Assembly: GCA_910585195.1 (NCBI GenBank)
Contig: CAJUCX010000008.1
Location: 503-64,502, forward strand
Direction of reading: 5' to 3'
DNA from: an uncultured Christensenellaceae bacterium
GTDB taxonomy: Bacteria > Bacillota > Clostridia > Christensenellales > CAG-314
DNA length: 64,000 nucleotides
The position numbers were made by a program, and so were the translations under genes. The notes below the pieces were generated by a model. It did not search any database, was not told the DNA's origin, and saw only the letters and a program-made list of their open reading frames with translations. Below are positions 1 to 10,030 of the stretch, piece by piece. How positions within the stretch are numbered: the stretch's first letter is position 1; every line of letters begins with the position of its first letter.

Positions 1-1087
1 GTTTCAAAAAATTGCCGTCGGGCGCAAGCACCTGCAAAACGTCGCCAACCGCAAAACGATTTCTCTGTTCTACTTCAACAAACTGCCCGTCGCTGTTTAG
101 CACCGTTGCGATAAAAATGCCTATCTGTTTTGGCTTTGAAGTTTCGTAACACTGTCTGTCGTAATCGCCGAAGTAAAAGCCCGTAGTATACTGCCTATGG
201 CTTGTAAGTTGCAACTCGTTTTCCAAAACGGGGTCAATCTTGAAGTTTTGCCCTTCCTTATAATATGCGTCTATTGCACGGCGGTAAGCATTTACCACGC
301 TTGCCACGTAAAAAGGAGATTTCATCCTGCCTTCTATCTTAAAACTGTCTATGCCTGCCGCGGCAAGTTTGTCTATATGGGCAAGCATATTCATATCCTT
401 TGAGTTCAAAATATAAGTGCCGCGCGCGTCTTCCTGCAAAGTCAATTTTTCCTGACTGCGGCTTACTTCGTTTATTTCGTACTCCCATCTGCAAGCCTGC
501 ACGCACTCGCCATAGTTGCCGTCTCTGCCGGTAAGATAGTTGGAAAGCAAGCAACGGCCGCTCATAGAAATACACATCGCGCCGTGCACAAATGCCTCGA
601 TTTCTACCTTGCCTTTTGTTTCCGCCGAAATTTCAGCAATTTCGCTTAAAGACAACTCGCGCGCAAGCACTACCCTCTGCGCCCCCTGTTTTGCCCAAAA
701 CTTAACGGCGGCAACGTTTGTGGTATTTGCCTGTGTGGAAATATGTATCGGCAAAGTCGGCTCTGCCTCTCTTACGACGTCAAAAATGCCTGCATCGCTT
801 ACCAAAACGGCGTCGACACCTGCTTGTTTCAACTGCTTTATATAAGGAGGCAGTCTTTTTATATCGTCGTTTTTGCCGTAGACGTTTACGGTAACGTAAA
901 CCTTTTTGCCGTATTTATGCGCAAACGCACAGCACTCGGCAATTTCTTCTACGGTAAAATTGTCGGCAAAAGCGCGCAAGCCAAATTCTTTGCCTGCCAA
1001 ATAAACCGCGTCCGCGCCGAAATGCAGCGCCGTATAAAATTTTTCTTTATTGCCTGCTGGTGCAAGCAACTCGATTTTTTTGGTCAT
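1..1087 (-). CDS. Peptidase U32 family protein (YrrN/YrrO/TrhP-like); 3' end runs off the window
   Basis: Absent from the ORF track because it has no stop inside the window. Hand translation from ATG 1087 gives MTKKIELLAPAGNKEKFYTALHFGADAVYLAGKEFGLRAF...FVHGAMCISMSGRCLLSNYLTGRDGNYGECVQACRW...SFKIEGRMKSP and stays open to position 1. These are typical U32 motifs. Confidence 0.85.
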   Translation of the reverse strand, partial: MTKKIELLAPAGNKEKFYTALHFGADAVYLAGKEFGLRAFADNFTVEEIAECCAFAHKYGKKVYVTVNVYGKNDDIKRLPPYIKQLKQAGVDAVLVSDAGIFDVVREAEPTLPIHISTQANTTNVAAVKFWAKQGAQRVVLARELSLSEIAEISAETKGKVEIEAFVHGAMCISMSGRCLLSNYLTGRDGNYGECVQACRWEYEINEVSRSQEKLTLQEDARGTYILNSKDMNMLAHIDKLAAAGIDSFKIEGRMKSPFYVASVVNAYRRAIDAYYKEGQNFKIDPVLENELQLTSHRQYTTGFYFGDYDRQCYETSKPKQIGIFIATVLNSDGQFVEVEQRNRFAVGDVLQVLAPDGNFLK

Positions 1088-1122
1088 AACCTTTTATATA
1101 AATAACTCTAAAATAACTTTTG

Positions 1123-1824
1123 TTAAATTTGCTTTTTTACTGATATAGAAATTCCGTCGCCGACTTCCGAAATTACGCTTTCAAAATCTCCGTCGGCAAA
1201 CAAGTCGTTCAAAAACTTGTTCATATTCAACGCCATTCCGTAAGCGCGGTCTTTTTTGGGCGGCAAGTTCTCTACGTAACCGTGAAATAGCACGTTGTCG
1301 GCAACAAGCACTCCGCCGTCGTTCATCATCTTTTTTATGTAAGGCAAAAAATCGACGTACTGCGCTTTCGGTCCGTCCAAAAACACAAGGTCAAATTGCC
1401 CCGTCATCTTGTGGACTATTTCTCTTGCGTCGCCCTGAAAAACCGTTGCCCTGTCTTTTACGCCGTTGGCGGCAAAGTTCTGTTTTGCAAGCGCAATCAT
1501 TTGCTCGTCCATTTCTATCGTGTAAAGCCTTGCGTCTTTTGCACAGCGCAACATAATGCTGCCCGAGTAACCTATTGCAGTGCCTATCTCCAAAATAGTT
1601 TTCGGCTGTTTTAGCGTAACGATTGTTTTCAGCAACTGCTCGGTATCCGCAAGCATAATAGGCACGCCGTGCTTTTCCGCAAAGGCGCGCATATCTTGCA
1701 GTTTTTTGTCAACTGGTTTTAAGTTGTATAAACGGGTAAAAAAATCTGTCATATCAAAAAAATTACTCTCTTCGTTCGTAATTATTTTTGGTCTGCGGAG
1801 TGCTCCGCACGATATTGTTTTCAA
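1123..1824 (-). CDS. Class I SAM-dependent O-methyltransferase (YrrM/TrmR-like)
   Basis: 233-aa ORF with LEIGTAIGYS (SAM motif I), FDLVFLDGPKAQY and VADNVLFHG. It lies directly upstream of the U32 peptidase, as in the B. subtilis yrrM-yrrN-yrrO cluster. The real start is probably ATG 1752 (MTDFFTRLYN), because 1785-1824 belongs to an intergenic repeat family. Confidence 0.85.
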   Translation of the reverse strand: MKTISCGALRRPKIITNEESNFFDMTDFFTRLYNLKPVDKKLQDMRAFAEKHGVPIMLADTEQLLKTIVTLKQPKTILEIGTAIGYSGSIMLRCAKDARLYTIEMDEQMIALAKQNFAANGVKDRATVFQGDAREIVHKMTGQFDLVFLDGPKAQYVDFLPYIKKMMNDGGVLVADNVLFHGYVENLPPKKDRAYGMALNMNKFLNDLFADGDFESVISEVGDGISISVKKQI

Positions 1825-1990
1825 ATAAGTTTCTTATTTGCAAACAGATTCGAGCCGTAGGCTAACCCATGTCCAAAAGTGCAACCGACGGGCGGATATT
1901 TTGCACTTTTGTAATTCGCGCGGAGCGCTCCGACAGCCCAAAAAAATTTCGCGGCGAGATTTTACACTGTTCTCTATGTGAACTAAAAAT
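1785..1990. repeat. Intergenic repeat family, copy A (core palindrome caaataagNNNcttatttg)
   Basis: tttttggtctgcggagtgctccgcac...ttcaaataagtttcttatttgcaaacagattcg...aaaagtgcaaccgacgggcgg. Blocks of this are shared with copies at 8880-9004, 15045-15132 and 62140-62500. Confidence 0.7.
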
Positions 1991-2021
1991 CTGTAAGTAA
2001 TGTTAGCGGAAATTTTTTTGC

Positions 2022-3689
2022 TTAGTCTTCATATATTATCGGCAAAACCATAGGTCTGCGCTTGATTTTATGTCCCAAATAACCGCGTACGGCTTTTACG
2101 ATAGAAACTTTAATTTGATTTAACGAGTAGTTTTTGAAGTCTACGTTCTTTATTGCGCCGTGTACGACGGAGCGAAGTTCCGCCATCAATTCGGAACTTG
2201 TCTTGTCGCCCGTGTATATAAAGCCGCGGCTGATAATTTCAGGCTCGTGCGAAATCGTGCCGTCGCTTCTGTCAAGACCTATTACTATAAGCAATATGCC
2301 TTCTTCCGCCAACTCGATTCTGTCTTTCAACACAACGTTGCCTACGTCGCCGACGCCCAAACCGTCTACAAGCACGCCGCCGGATTTTACCGAACCTGCC
2401 TTTAATATCTTTTTGCCTGTTATCGCTACCACGTCGCCTATGTCGGGTATGACTATGCTGTCATAATGCATACCCAAAGTGTGCGCCAAATCTGCGTGCT
2501 GCTTCAAATGACGATATTCTCCGTGCACAGGGATAAAGAACCTCGGTTTCAAAAGCGTGTGTATAAGTTTAAGTTCTTCTCTGCAAGCATGACCGGAAAC
2601 GTGAATTGCCGCAATTTTGTCGTAAATTACCGTTGCGCCCAGTCTATATAAATTGTTAATTACGGAATATACGTCCTTTTCGTTTCCCGGTATCGGCGAG
2701 CCGGATATTATAATAGTGTCGTTTTTGCCGATTTTTACCTTATTAAATCCGCCGGTGGACATTCTCGTCAAGGCGCTCATAGGTTCACCCTGCGTGCCTG
2801 TGGATAAAATCAACAAATTTTTGTCGGGTATGCCGTTTATATTGTCGATGTCCACCATTATTTTTTCGTTGTAGTTTATTACACCTACTTTTTTGGCAAT
2901 TTCTATGTTATTAAGCATACTTCTGCCGCTTATGGCGACTTTTCGCTTATAACGCATCGCAATGTCGATAATCTGCTGCAGCCTGTCTACGTTTGACGCA
3001 AACGTCGCCAAAATAATGCGCTTGTCTTTGGCTTCCATAAAAATCCTGTCCAAAGATGCGGCAACGACGGATTCGCTCATCGTGTAGCCTTCGCGCTCTA
3101 CGTTTGTGGACTCGCTCAACAACAGCAAAACGCCTTTTTTGCCTATTTCCGCAATGCGGTTTAAGTCCATTATCTCGCCGCCAAGCGGTGTAAAATCCAC
3201 CTTGAAGTCGCCCGTAACGAAAACAACGCCGATAGGCGTAGTTATGGAAACCGCCACGCTGCCTGCGACGGAATGGCTTACGTGCACGAACTCGCACACA
3301 AACTTGCCCAGTTTTACTACCGATTTATTTGATATGGCAACAAGTTCCGCACCGTCAATCTTTCTTTCCAAAAGTTTGTGCTCTGCCATACCCAAAGTCA
3401 GCCTCGTGCCGTATACGGGTATCTTAAATTCGCTTAAAATGTAAGGCACTGCGCCGATATGGTCCTCGTGCCCGTGTGTCAAAATCAACCCCTTTATTTT
3501 GTCTTTGTTTTGGCGCAGGTAGGTTACGTCGGGAATTACCAAGTCCACTCCCGGCATATCAGCCGTAGGGAATGCAAGTCCCGCATCGACAATAATTATG
3601 TCGTCGCCGTATTCAAACGCCGTCATATTTTTGCCGATTTCTCCGACACCGCCCAAAAAGACAACTTTAAGGCTTTTTGTCTTTTTCAT
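2022..3689 (-). CDS. rnj: Ribonuclease J (metallo-beta-lactamase/beta-CASP RNase)
   Basis: LKVVFLGGVGEIGKNM, LILTHGHEDHIGAVPY, HVSGHACREELK and FIPVHGEYRH motifs, with typical ~555 aa length. Start taken at ATG 3689 (MKKTKSLKV) behind a GAGGAG RBS; the ORF-track start is 3713. Confidence 0.9.
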   Translation of the reverse strand: MKKTKSLKVVFLGGVGEIGKNMTAFEYGDDIIIVDAGLAFPTADMPGVDLVIPDVTYLRQNKDKIKGLILTHGHEDHIGAVPYILSEFKIPVYGTRLTLGMAEHKLLERKIDGAELVAISNKSVVKLGKFVCEFVHVSHSVAGSVAVSITTPIGVVFVTGDFKVDFTPLGGEIMDLNRIAEIGKKGVLLLLSESTNVEREGYTMSESVVAASLDRIFMEAKDKRIILATFASNVDRLQQIIDIAMRYKRKVAISGRSMLNNIEIAKKVGVINYNEKIMVDIDNINGIPDKNLLILSTGTQGEPMSALTRMSTGGFNKVKIGKNDTIIISGSPIPGNEKDVYSVINNLYRLGATVIYDKIAAIHVSGHACREELKLIHTLLKPRFFIPVHGEYRHLKQHADLAHTLGMHYDSIVIPDIGDVVAITGKKILKAGSVKSGGVLVDGLGVGDVGNVVLKDRIELAEEGILLIVIGLDRSDGTISHEPEIISRGFIYTGDKTSSELMAELRSVVHGAIKNVDFKNYSLNQIKVSIVKAVRGYLGHKIKRRPMVLPIIYED

Positions 3690-3985
3690 ATTTCTCCTCT
3701 TTTCAATGTTCAAAAAAATTTATGTCAACGGTCGTACACGCTCACGCCGTTAAAACCAGGTTTTCGACAAAACGCAACACTGCCATTTTATCTAAAAATT
3801 TACTTTAATAAGTATAACCTAATTTGACAAAAAAAACAACCTAATACGCCTCACATTGTTGCACGGAATTTTCAACTTCTTTTGCCTTTTTTTGTAAAAA
3901 TTATATATTCGCTCTTGATTTTTGTTGCATTTCAAAGTATAATATAAAAAAGTCCGCATGGGACTTAAAACAAGAGGTGATTACT

Positions 3986-5098
3986 ATGAGTAGAGTTTAC
4001 AATTTCTCTGCCGGCCCTTCTATGTTGCCGGAAGAAGTATTGAAACAAGCACAAGCAGAAATGCTGGACTACAACGGCTCCGGCATGAGCGTTTGCGAAA
4101 TGAGCCACCGTTCGAAGTGGTATACGGACATTAACAGCGAAGCAGAAGCGCTTCTTCGCGAATTGATGGGCATTCCTGACAATTATCACGTAATGTTCGT
4201 TCAAGGCGGCGCTTCCACTCAGTTCGAAGCAATTCCGCTTAACTTGCTTGGCAAAAACAACAAAGCAGGTTACTGCGTAACGGGCAACTTCGCTAACAAA
4301 TCTTACAGCGAAGCAAAAAAATACGGTGATATTTACGTAGCATCTTCAAGCAAAGAAGACAACTACACTTACATCCCTAAAGAGCTTAAGATAGAACCTG
4401 ACTCTGCATACATTCACATTTGCAACAACAACACTATCTTCGGTACGGAATATCACTACGTTCCCGATACCAAAGGCGTAAACCTTGTTGCCGATATGTC
4501 AAGCGACATTTTGTCAAGACCTGTTGACGTAAGCAAATATGCAGTTATCTATGCCGGCGCACAAAAGAACGTTGCACCAGCAGGCGTAACAATCGTTATA
4601 GTAAGAAACGACCTCATTGCAGTTAAACAAGAAGACGGCTCTGTTCTCGGCAACGACAACACGCAGGCTATATGCCCTACTATGCTTAAATGGAGCACTC
4701 AGGCTAAAGAACACAGCTTGTACAACACTCCTCCTTGCTTCCCTACTTATATGGCAATGTTGGTTTTCAGACATCTTAAAAAACTCGGCGGCTTGGAAGC
4801 AATGGCAAAGAGAAACAAAGAAAAAGCAGCAATACTTTATGACTTCCTTGACAGTCAAGATTATTACAAAGCGCCTGTCGCAAAAGAAGACCGTTCTTTG
4901 ATGAACGTTCCGTTTGTTTCTCCAAACAAAGACCTCGACGCAAAATTCGTTAAAGAAGCAACTGCAGCAGGTTTGGTAAGCCTTAAAGGCCACAGACTTG
5001 TCGGCGGTATGCGCGCAAGCATCTACAACGCTATGCCTATCGAAGGCGTTAAGAAGTTGGTTGAATTTATGAAGAAGTTTGCCAGCGAAAACAAATAA
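3986..5098 (+). CDS. serC: Phosphoserine aminotransferase
   Basis: MSRVYNFSAGPSMLPEEVL...FVQGGASTQF...YAGAQKNVAPAGVTIVIVR...KGHRLVGGMRASIYNAMP. ATG 3986 lies 8 nt after AGAGG (the ORF track starts at GTG 3977). Confidence 0.92.
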   Translation: MSRVYNFSAGPSMLPEEVLKQAQAEMLDYNGSGMSVCEMSHRSKWYTDINSEAEALLRELMGIPDNYHVMFVQGGASTQFEAIPLNLLGKNNKAGYCVTGNFANKSYSEAKKYGDIYVASSSKEDNYTYIPKELKIEPDSAYIHICNNNTIFGTEYHYVPDTKGVNLVADMSSDILSRPVDVSKYAVIYAGAQKNVAPAGVTIVIVRNDLIAVKQEDGSVLGNDNTQAICPTMLKWSTQAKEHSLYNTPPCFPTYMAMLVFRHLKKLGGLEAMAKRNKEKAAILYDFLDSQDYYKAPVAKEDRSLMNVPFVSPNKDLDAKFVKEATAAGLVSLKGHRLVGGMRASIYNAMPIEGVKKLVEFMKKFASENK

Positions 5099-5172
5099 TA
5101 ACGCACCAAACTAAACTTTATATTTGCAGACGGGATTGCCCGTCTGCAAATAATTATATTAAGGAGATTATT

Positions 5173-6336
5173 ATGAAAGAAGTTTTGAGATTAAACCCTA
5201 TCAGTCCGTTGATTGACTCGGTTTTCGGCGACAAATATAAACTTGTTGCCGAGTCGGAATCCCCTGTCGGCATACTCGTGCGCAGTTTCAAAATGCACGA
5301 ATATCAACCTGCAAAATCGGTTCTTTGCGTAGGCCGTGCAGGCGCAGGCGTAAACAACATTCCTTGCGACAAATATGCAGAACAAGGCATCGTCGTATTT
5401 AACACCCCTGGCGCAAACGCAAATGCCGTAAAAGAATTGGTATTGTTGAGCCTTCTTCTTTGCGGAAGAAAAATCATACCGGGCATTGCTTGGGCACAAA
5501 GCCTTAAAGACCAAGAAGGCGTTGACGTAGGTCCTGCAGTAGAAAAAGGCAAAGGTCAATTTGTCGGCGGCGAAATTTTGGGCAAGAAAATAGGCATATA
5601 CGGTTTGGGCGCAATCGGTCGCCTGGTTGCAAACGCTTGCGTAGCACTAGGTATGAACGTAGTTGCTTACAACCGCACGGTACGCGACGAAATCAAAAAA
5701 GAGCTTGACCCGAAAGTTAAACTCGTAAATTCTTTTGAAGAGTTGATTGAAGGTTGCGATTATCTTTCACTTCACGTTGCATTAAAAGACAACACGAGAG
5801 AATGCGTAAATGCGGCAACAATCGCTAAAATGAACGACGGCGCAAGCATAGTAAACGCTGCCCGCGGAGAACTCGTAAACGTTGCAGACGTAAAAGCAGC
5901 CCTTGCAAGCGGAAAACTCAACAGATACGTAGTAGACTTCCCTAGTGCAGACACTTTGGGCGTAGACGGAATTATCCCTATCCCTCACCTCGGTGCTTCT
6001 ACTCCTGAGGCAGAAGACAACTGTGCAGTTATGGCAGGTAAAGAACTTGTTGACTTTGTTGAAAACGGAAACATTGTAAACAGCGTAAACTACCCTGACG
6101 TTTCACTTGCAAAATCAGGCGCGCAAAGAGTAGTAGTATTGCTTAACGTAGCAGAATGCCCTTGCGATGCAGTCAAAGCGGCATTTGCAAAAGCCGGCGT
6201 AAAAATAGTAAACTCTGTTTGCAAAAACGGCAAAGCAACTTCCGCGGCAATATTCGATATCGACAAAAAAGCAGACGACAAACTTGTAAAAGAACTCGAA
6301 GCAGTTGGCGGCGTAGTTAAAGCAAGACTTATCTAA
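5173..6336 (+). CDS. serA: D-3-phosphoglycerate dehydrogenase (2-hydroxyacid dehydrogenase family)
   Basis: Rossmann motif GIYGLGAIGRLVA, HVALKDNTRECVN, NAARGELV and PHLGAST. Immediately downstream of serC. Confidence 0.85.
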   Translation: MKEVLRLNPISPLIDSVFGDKYKLVAESESPVGILVRSFKMHEYQPAKSVLCVGRAGAGVNNIPCDKYAEQGIVVFNTPGANANAVKELVLLSLLLCGRKIIPGIAWAQSLKDQEGVDVGPAVEKGKGQFVGGEILGKKIGIYGLGAIGRLVANACVALGMNVVAYNRTVRDEIKKELDPKVKLVNSFEELIEGCDYLSLHVALKDNTRECVNAATIAKMNDGASIVNAARGELVNVADVKAALASGKLNRYVVDFPSADTLGVDGIIPIPHLGASTPEAEDNCAVMAGKELVDFVENGNIVNSVNYPDVSLAKSGAQRVVVLLNVAECPCDAVKAAFAKAGVKIVNSVCKNGKATSAAIFDIDKKADDKLVKELEAVGGVVKARLI

Positions 6337-6372
6337 ACGATATCTATATTGTATAAGAAAATTTACAAAAAA

Positions 6373-6393
6373 AAGACCGACTATGTCGGTCTT
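6373..6393. terminator. Bidirectional hairpin between convergent serA and the DsbA-like gene
   Basis: aagaccgac-tat-gtcggtctt, flanked by an A-run and a T-rich run. Confidence 0.6.
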
Positions 6394-6416
6394 TAATTTT
6401 TAATTTCGGTTTGAAA

Positions 6417-7145
6417 TTATTTAATAATTCTTGCGCCTGATACAGGTTCGCCAAGCAAAGCCTTTTCGAAGTTGGCTTGAAGAATTGCACCTTCAAGTAC
6501 GACTTTTTCGTCAAAGACAAACATCGGGCACATCTGGCAATCATATTTAGTGTCGCCGATTTCATCCGTATCACGTTTAACGTCAGCGGCATAGTCGCCT
6601 TTAAGAACTCTTTCTCTAAGCGGCCAAATATCGTTTACGTATTTTTTAGCCAATGCGCAAATTACGTCAAGGTTGCCCATATCAAGACCGTCTTCGAAAT
6701 ATGCTTGTTGCATATCGGAAAGAAGCGGCTCGAATGCTTCCGGTTTAACTTCTCTTACAAGATAAAGCATTTGATGTGCTTGCAAAGTGTTAGGTTTTAC
6801 ACTTATTCTTGTAAGTTCAAAATTCAAACCTGCTCTTGACGCCCAACGGTGAAGCGGAGTGCTCTTTGTAGGGTCCCAATCTGCGGTATCGTCGTTTGCG
6901 ACTTGAATTGCCTTGTAGTCGCCGCCTACCTGTGCTCTTACAAGTGCAGGATGTTCGCCTCCTACTTTTACGTCTGTGCTTCCGCCCGGAAGGTCAGGGT
7001 AAATCATATAGCCGCGGAAAACGATTTCCAAATCTTCTTCCTTAATTTTACCCGCTTTTACAAGTTTGTCGATTGCCTTATGCAGATTTATTTTGCCGAT
7101 ACGGCACCAACTGCATATTACGTCGTAAAAAACTTCGATTTTCAT
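6417..7145 (-). CDS. DsbA-family thioredoxin-fold oxidoreductase (FrnE-like)
   Basis: N-terminal MKIEVFYDVICSWCRIGK with a CxxC (CSWC) at the position typical of the DsbA/FrnE family; 242 aa. Confidence 0.65.
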   Translation of the reverse strand: MKIEVFYDVICSWCRIGKINLHKAIDKLVKAGKIKEEDLEIVFRGYMIYPDLPGGSTDVKVGGEHPALVRAQVGGDYKAIQVANDDTADWDPTKSTPLHRWASRAGLNFELTRISVKPNTLQAHQMLYLVREVKPEAFEPLLSDMQQAYFEDGLDMGNLDVICALAKKYVNDIWPLRERVLKGDYAADVKRDTDEIGDTKYDCQMCPMFVFDEKVVLEGAILQANFEKALLGEPVSGARIIK

Positions 7146-7274
7146 TTTAGTTCCTCCTGTTTTTTCTAATTTATTACAATGGCGTTCCGGTAAAACCGGA
7201 ACGCCACTGAAAAATCATGTTTTAGTTTTTGAATAAAACTTCTTAAATAAGATTACTCTTTACCTTTAAGAATA

Positions 7275-8672
7275 TTATTCAGCAGCTGCAACTTCGTCGT
7301 GATGACCCATGCCGGATTTCTTTTCAGGACCCATGTTACCGCTGAATCTTGCAGCAACACAACCTGCAACGATACCGTCAGATACGTTCAAGAACGTACG
7401 TCCCATATCGATAAGAGCTTCGACTGAGAAGAGCATACCGATAAGTTCTACCGGGAAGCCGAGAACGCCGAATACCATCAAGCCTGCCATCGTAGCGCCA
7501 CCGCCGACACCGGCAATACCGAGTGAGCAAAGTGTAACGATGATAACGAGCAAGATAAGTTGACCAGGGTTAGCCCAAAGGTTGATACCTATTGCAGCAT
7601 AGTACATCGTAGCAAGCATTGCAGGATATACACCGCCGCAACCGTTTTGACCTACGCAAGTACCAAAAGTGCCTGCAAAAGTTGCAACTGAATCTTCAAC
7701 ACCGATGTTTCTCATAGATTCGATAGTTACAGGCAAAGTAGCCATTGAAGAACGAGTTGAGAACGCAATCATAAGTGCTTTACTGCTGTTTTTGAAGTAA
7801 CGTCTTGGTCCAATACCTACAAGGAAGAGAATCAAGAGGTGGATTGCAAACATAACTATCATTGCAACGTAAGATGCGATAACGAACATACCGAGTTGCA
7901 AGTAAGATGCGAACGAAGTGTTTGCACCGAAGTTGAGGATGTAAGCAAATACGCCGTAAGGAGCAAAGCCGATAACGATGTCAACGAGACCCATAACGAA
8001 TTCATAGATAACGTCGATAGCGCCTTCGAGTTTAGCTGCTGCCTCAGGGCTTTCTTTTCTCATACCGAGAATGATGAATGCAAACAATACAGCCAAGAAA
8101 ATCAAAGGCAATACTGAGTTTGCAGACATTGCAGCCCAGATGTTTGTGCTTGCAAAGATAGACGCGATTGTTTCGGTAAGAGTTGTACCTGTACGACCCG
8201 GGTCTTTTGCATTGCCAAGCAACTGGTTAGCGTTCAAACCGAAGATAGTAGTAGTAGTGATAGAAATCAAAGCGGAAATTGCGCAAGTGATAAGCAACGT
8301 AGCAATTGTGATACCCATTGCTTTACCGATGTTCTTTGCGCCGCCTTCGCCGCCACCGGCGTTTGCACCGGCTTTAGTGATACCGGTTGTGATAGCGACC
8401 ATAACCAACGGCATAACCATAAGTTGCAACAAGTTGGTGTATGCGCTTCTTACGATATTGGCGATTTCGAATGCGAAAGCCATATCTTTTGATGTAGCGT
8501 TAGTTCCGAAGATAAGTTGCAATGCAGCGCCGATAACGAGACCGACAACCAATGCAGCAAACATCCACCATCCGAAACTAAGCTTTTTGCCCATAAAGTA
8601 AACGCCAACGTAGCAGCCTACGATTACGAGCAAGATTACAAGGCCAAGCCAAGTAAATGCATTAGCGAACAT
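7275..8672 (-). CDS. Dicarboxylate/amino acid:cation symporter (DAACS/SDF family)
   Basis: 465-aa polytopic membrane protein with FSTRSSMATLPVT and GGGATMAGL..ALIDMGRT, characteristic of the GltP/SstT/TcyP superfamily. Substrate not assignable. Confidence 0.8.
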   Translation of the reverse strand: MFANAFTWLGLVILLVIVGCYVGVYFMGKKLSFGWWMFAALVVGLVIGAALQLIFGTNATSKDMAFAFEIANIVRSAYTNLLQLMVMPLVMVAITTGITKAGANAGGGEGGAKNIGKAMGITIATLLITCAISALISITTTTIFGLNANQLLGNAKDPGRTGTTLTETIASIFASTNIWAAMSANSVLPLIFLAVLFAFIILGMRKESPEAAAKLEGAIDVIYEFVMGLVDIVIGFAPYGVFAYILNFGANTSFASYLQLGMFVIASYVAMIVMFAIHLLILFLVGIGPRRYFKNSSKALMIAFSTRSSMATLPVTIESMRNIGVEDSVATFAGTFGTCVGQNGCGGVYPAMLATMYYAAIGINLWANPGQLILLVIIVTLCSLGIAGVGGGATMAGLMVFGVLGFPVELIGMLFSVEALIDMGRTFLNVSDGIVAGCVAARFSGNMGPEKKSGMGHHDEVAAAE

Positions 8673-8791
8673 AAATGTTCCTCCATAAATATATTCCTTT
8701 AACGCCTTGACGCAACCTACTTAACTGATTTAACGCCTCGGCAATAAAGTCAATATCAAACCGCCATAACTCTACACATTATGACAACAAT

Positions 8792-8820
8792 ATAATAAAC
8801 TGTATGCACCTCTTTGTCAA
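8792..8820 (-). promoter_or_regulatory. Candidate sigma-70 promoter of the symporter gene
   Basis: On the minus strand, TTGACA-17 nt-TATTAT. It leaves a ~110-nt leader containing two GGCGTTAAA copies. Confidence 0.5.
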
Positions 8821-8879
8821 TACCCTTTTTTAAAAAAATTATGTTTAATTAAAATATATTAGTTGAAATTTGCAAACTA

Positions 8880-9004
8880 TTTGTTTTTGCGGAAATTTTT
8901 TAATATTATTTGCTTTCAAATAAGTAGCTTATTTGAAAGCAGATTGCGCGTGCAGCGCTCATTAGCCCAAAAATAATTTTGAGCAACAGCAAAAAATTTT
9001 TTTG
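8880..9004. repeat. Intergenic repeat family, copy B
   Basis: ctttcaaataagtagcttatttgaaag palindrome (8913-8939) followed by cagattgcgcgtgcagcgc. Near-identical to the reverse complement of copy C. Confidence 0.7.
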
Positions 9005-9787
9005 CTATATAAGGTTCGCTTCCGTCAAAATATTTTTTATTCTTGCGACTTCTCTTTCAAAGCCCTTTACGCACTTTAACGTATTCTTAAAGCCTATCCA
9101 AACAATATTTATAAGTTTAGGATTTTTAGAACACAGCGCATTTACAAAAGCGTCTATAATTTGCATACACTCGGAGTATTGCTCTCCGCCGCCTTGAAAG
9201 TCTTTTTCTACTTTATTTTTAATTTTATTTATGACGATAATTACCGCGTCGCTAGTGGCGGAAGAAACGTAAATGCTTTCCGCATCGAAATATGACACGC
9301 CTTTTTGAACGGCTTCTCTGTCCAAACCGTCGGTATCGGTTTCTCTCAGCAAATGTTCCCCCGCTTTTTTGAAAGGAACTATTATTTCGTCGCAGAACTT
9401 GCCGAAACTTTCATTTGCATTTTCCGCGCCGAAATACTCTGTCAAAAATTTTGAAAAGTCTCTTTCACCGGCGTCAATTTCCGCAAGCAGGCAAAACACA
9501 AAAGTAAACAACCTTATTCTGTCAACGGGCAAAGTCATTTTTGCCCTTACGCCGTTGTTTCCGTCGGAAACTATCAAGCGGTTACGCGCAAACTCTGCGG
9601 CGTAAGTCATTGTTTTTAGGCTTTCCCTCAAAACGTCCATAAGCACTTGCGACGACACTATACCTTTTAATAAAGAAGATATCTTTTTGTCGGCAAGTAT
9701 ATATTTACTTTCCAACAAAGCGTTTACTCGTTGAGTAAACATAGCCGATTCGTTTTTTACTATGATTGTTTCTGCCGTATTTTCCAT
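9005..9787 (-). CDS. Hypothetical protein
   Basis: 260-aa ORF with coding-like composition; no motif recognised. Confidence 0.6.
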   Translation of the reverse strand: MENTAETIIVKNESAMFTQRVNALLESKYILADKKISSLLKGIVSSQVLMDVLRESLKTMTYAAEFARNRLIVSDGNNGVRAKMTLPVDRIRLFTFVFCLLAEIDAGERDFSKFLTEYFGAENANESFGKFCDEIIVPFKKAGEHLLRETDTDGLDREAVQKGVSYFDAESIYVSSATSDAVIIVINKIKNKVEKDFQGGGEQYSECMQIIDAFVNALCSKNPKLINIVWIGFKNTLKCVKGFEREVARIKNILTEANLI

Positions 9788-10030
9788 AAAATTATTATAA
9801 CATATCCGTCAAGTTTTGTTAAACGTTATTTAATTTACGCTTTGGTTTCATCTAATCCGCAAGATTATATTTTACGGTAAACGCATTCGGTAACGCTTTA
9901 TGTTTTTTATACGATCTAATCATTAACAAATTTTCAATTCGACAGCGTGATTTTACAAAGTTTTTGGCAAATTGTTGTTGAATTGTTTTTTTTATTGTAG
10001 TATAATGAAAAAAATATTCTACGGAGAATT

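Noticed and set aside
1753-1824. 24-codon N-terminal extension of the O-methyltransferase ORF
   Set aside because: The extension lies within an intergenic repeat-family copy (tttttggtctgcggagtgctccgcac...) and has odd composition. The internal ATG at 1752 is the more likely start.
5123-5150. Hairpin tttgcagacggg-attg-cccgtctgcaaa between serC and serA as a terminator
   Set aside because: It is a good stem but has no proper U-run, and serA follows 20 nt later with its own RBS. It is more likely an intercistronic stabiliser or partial attenuator. It is not reported as a terminator.
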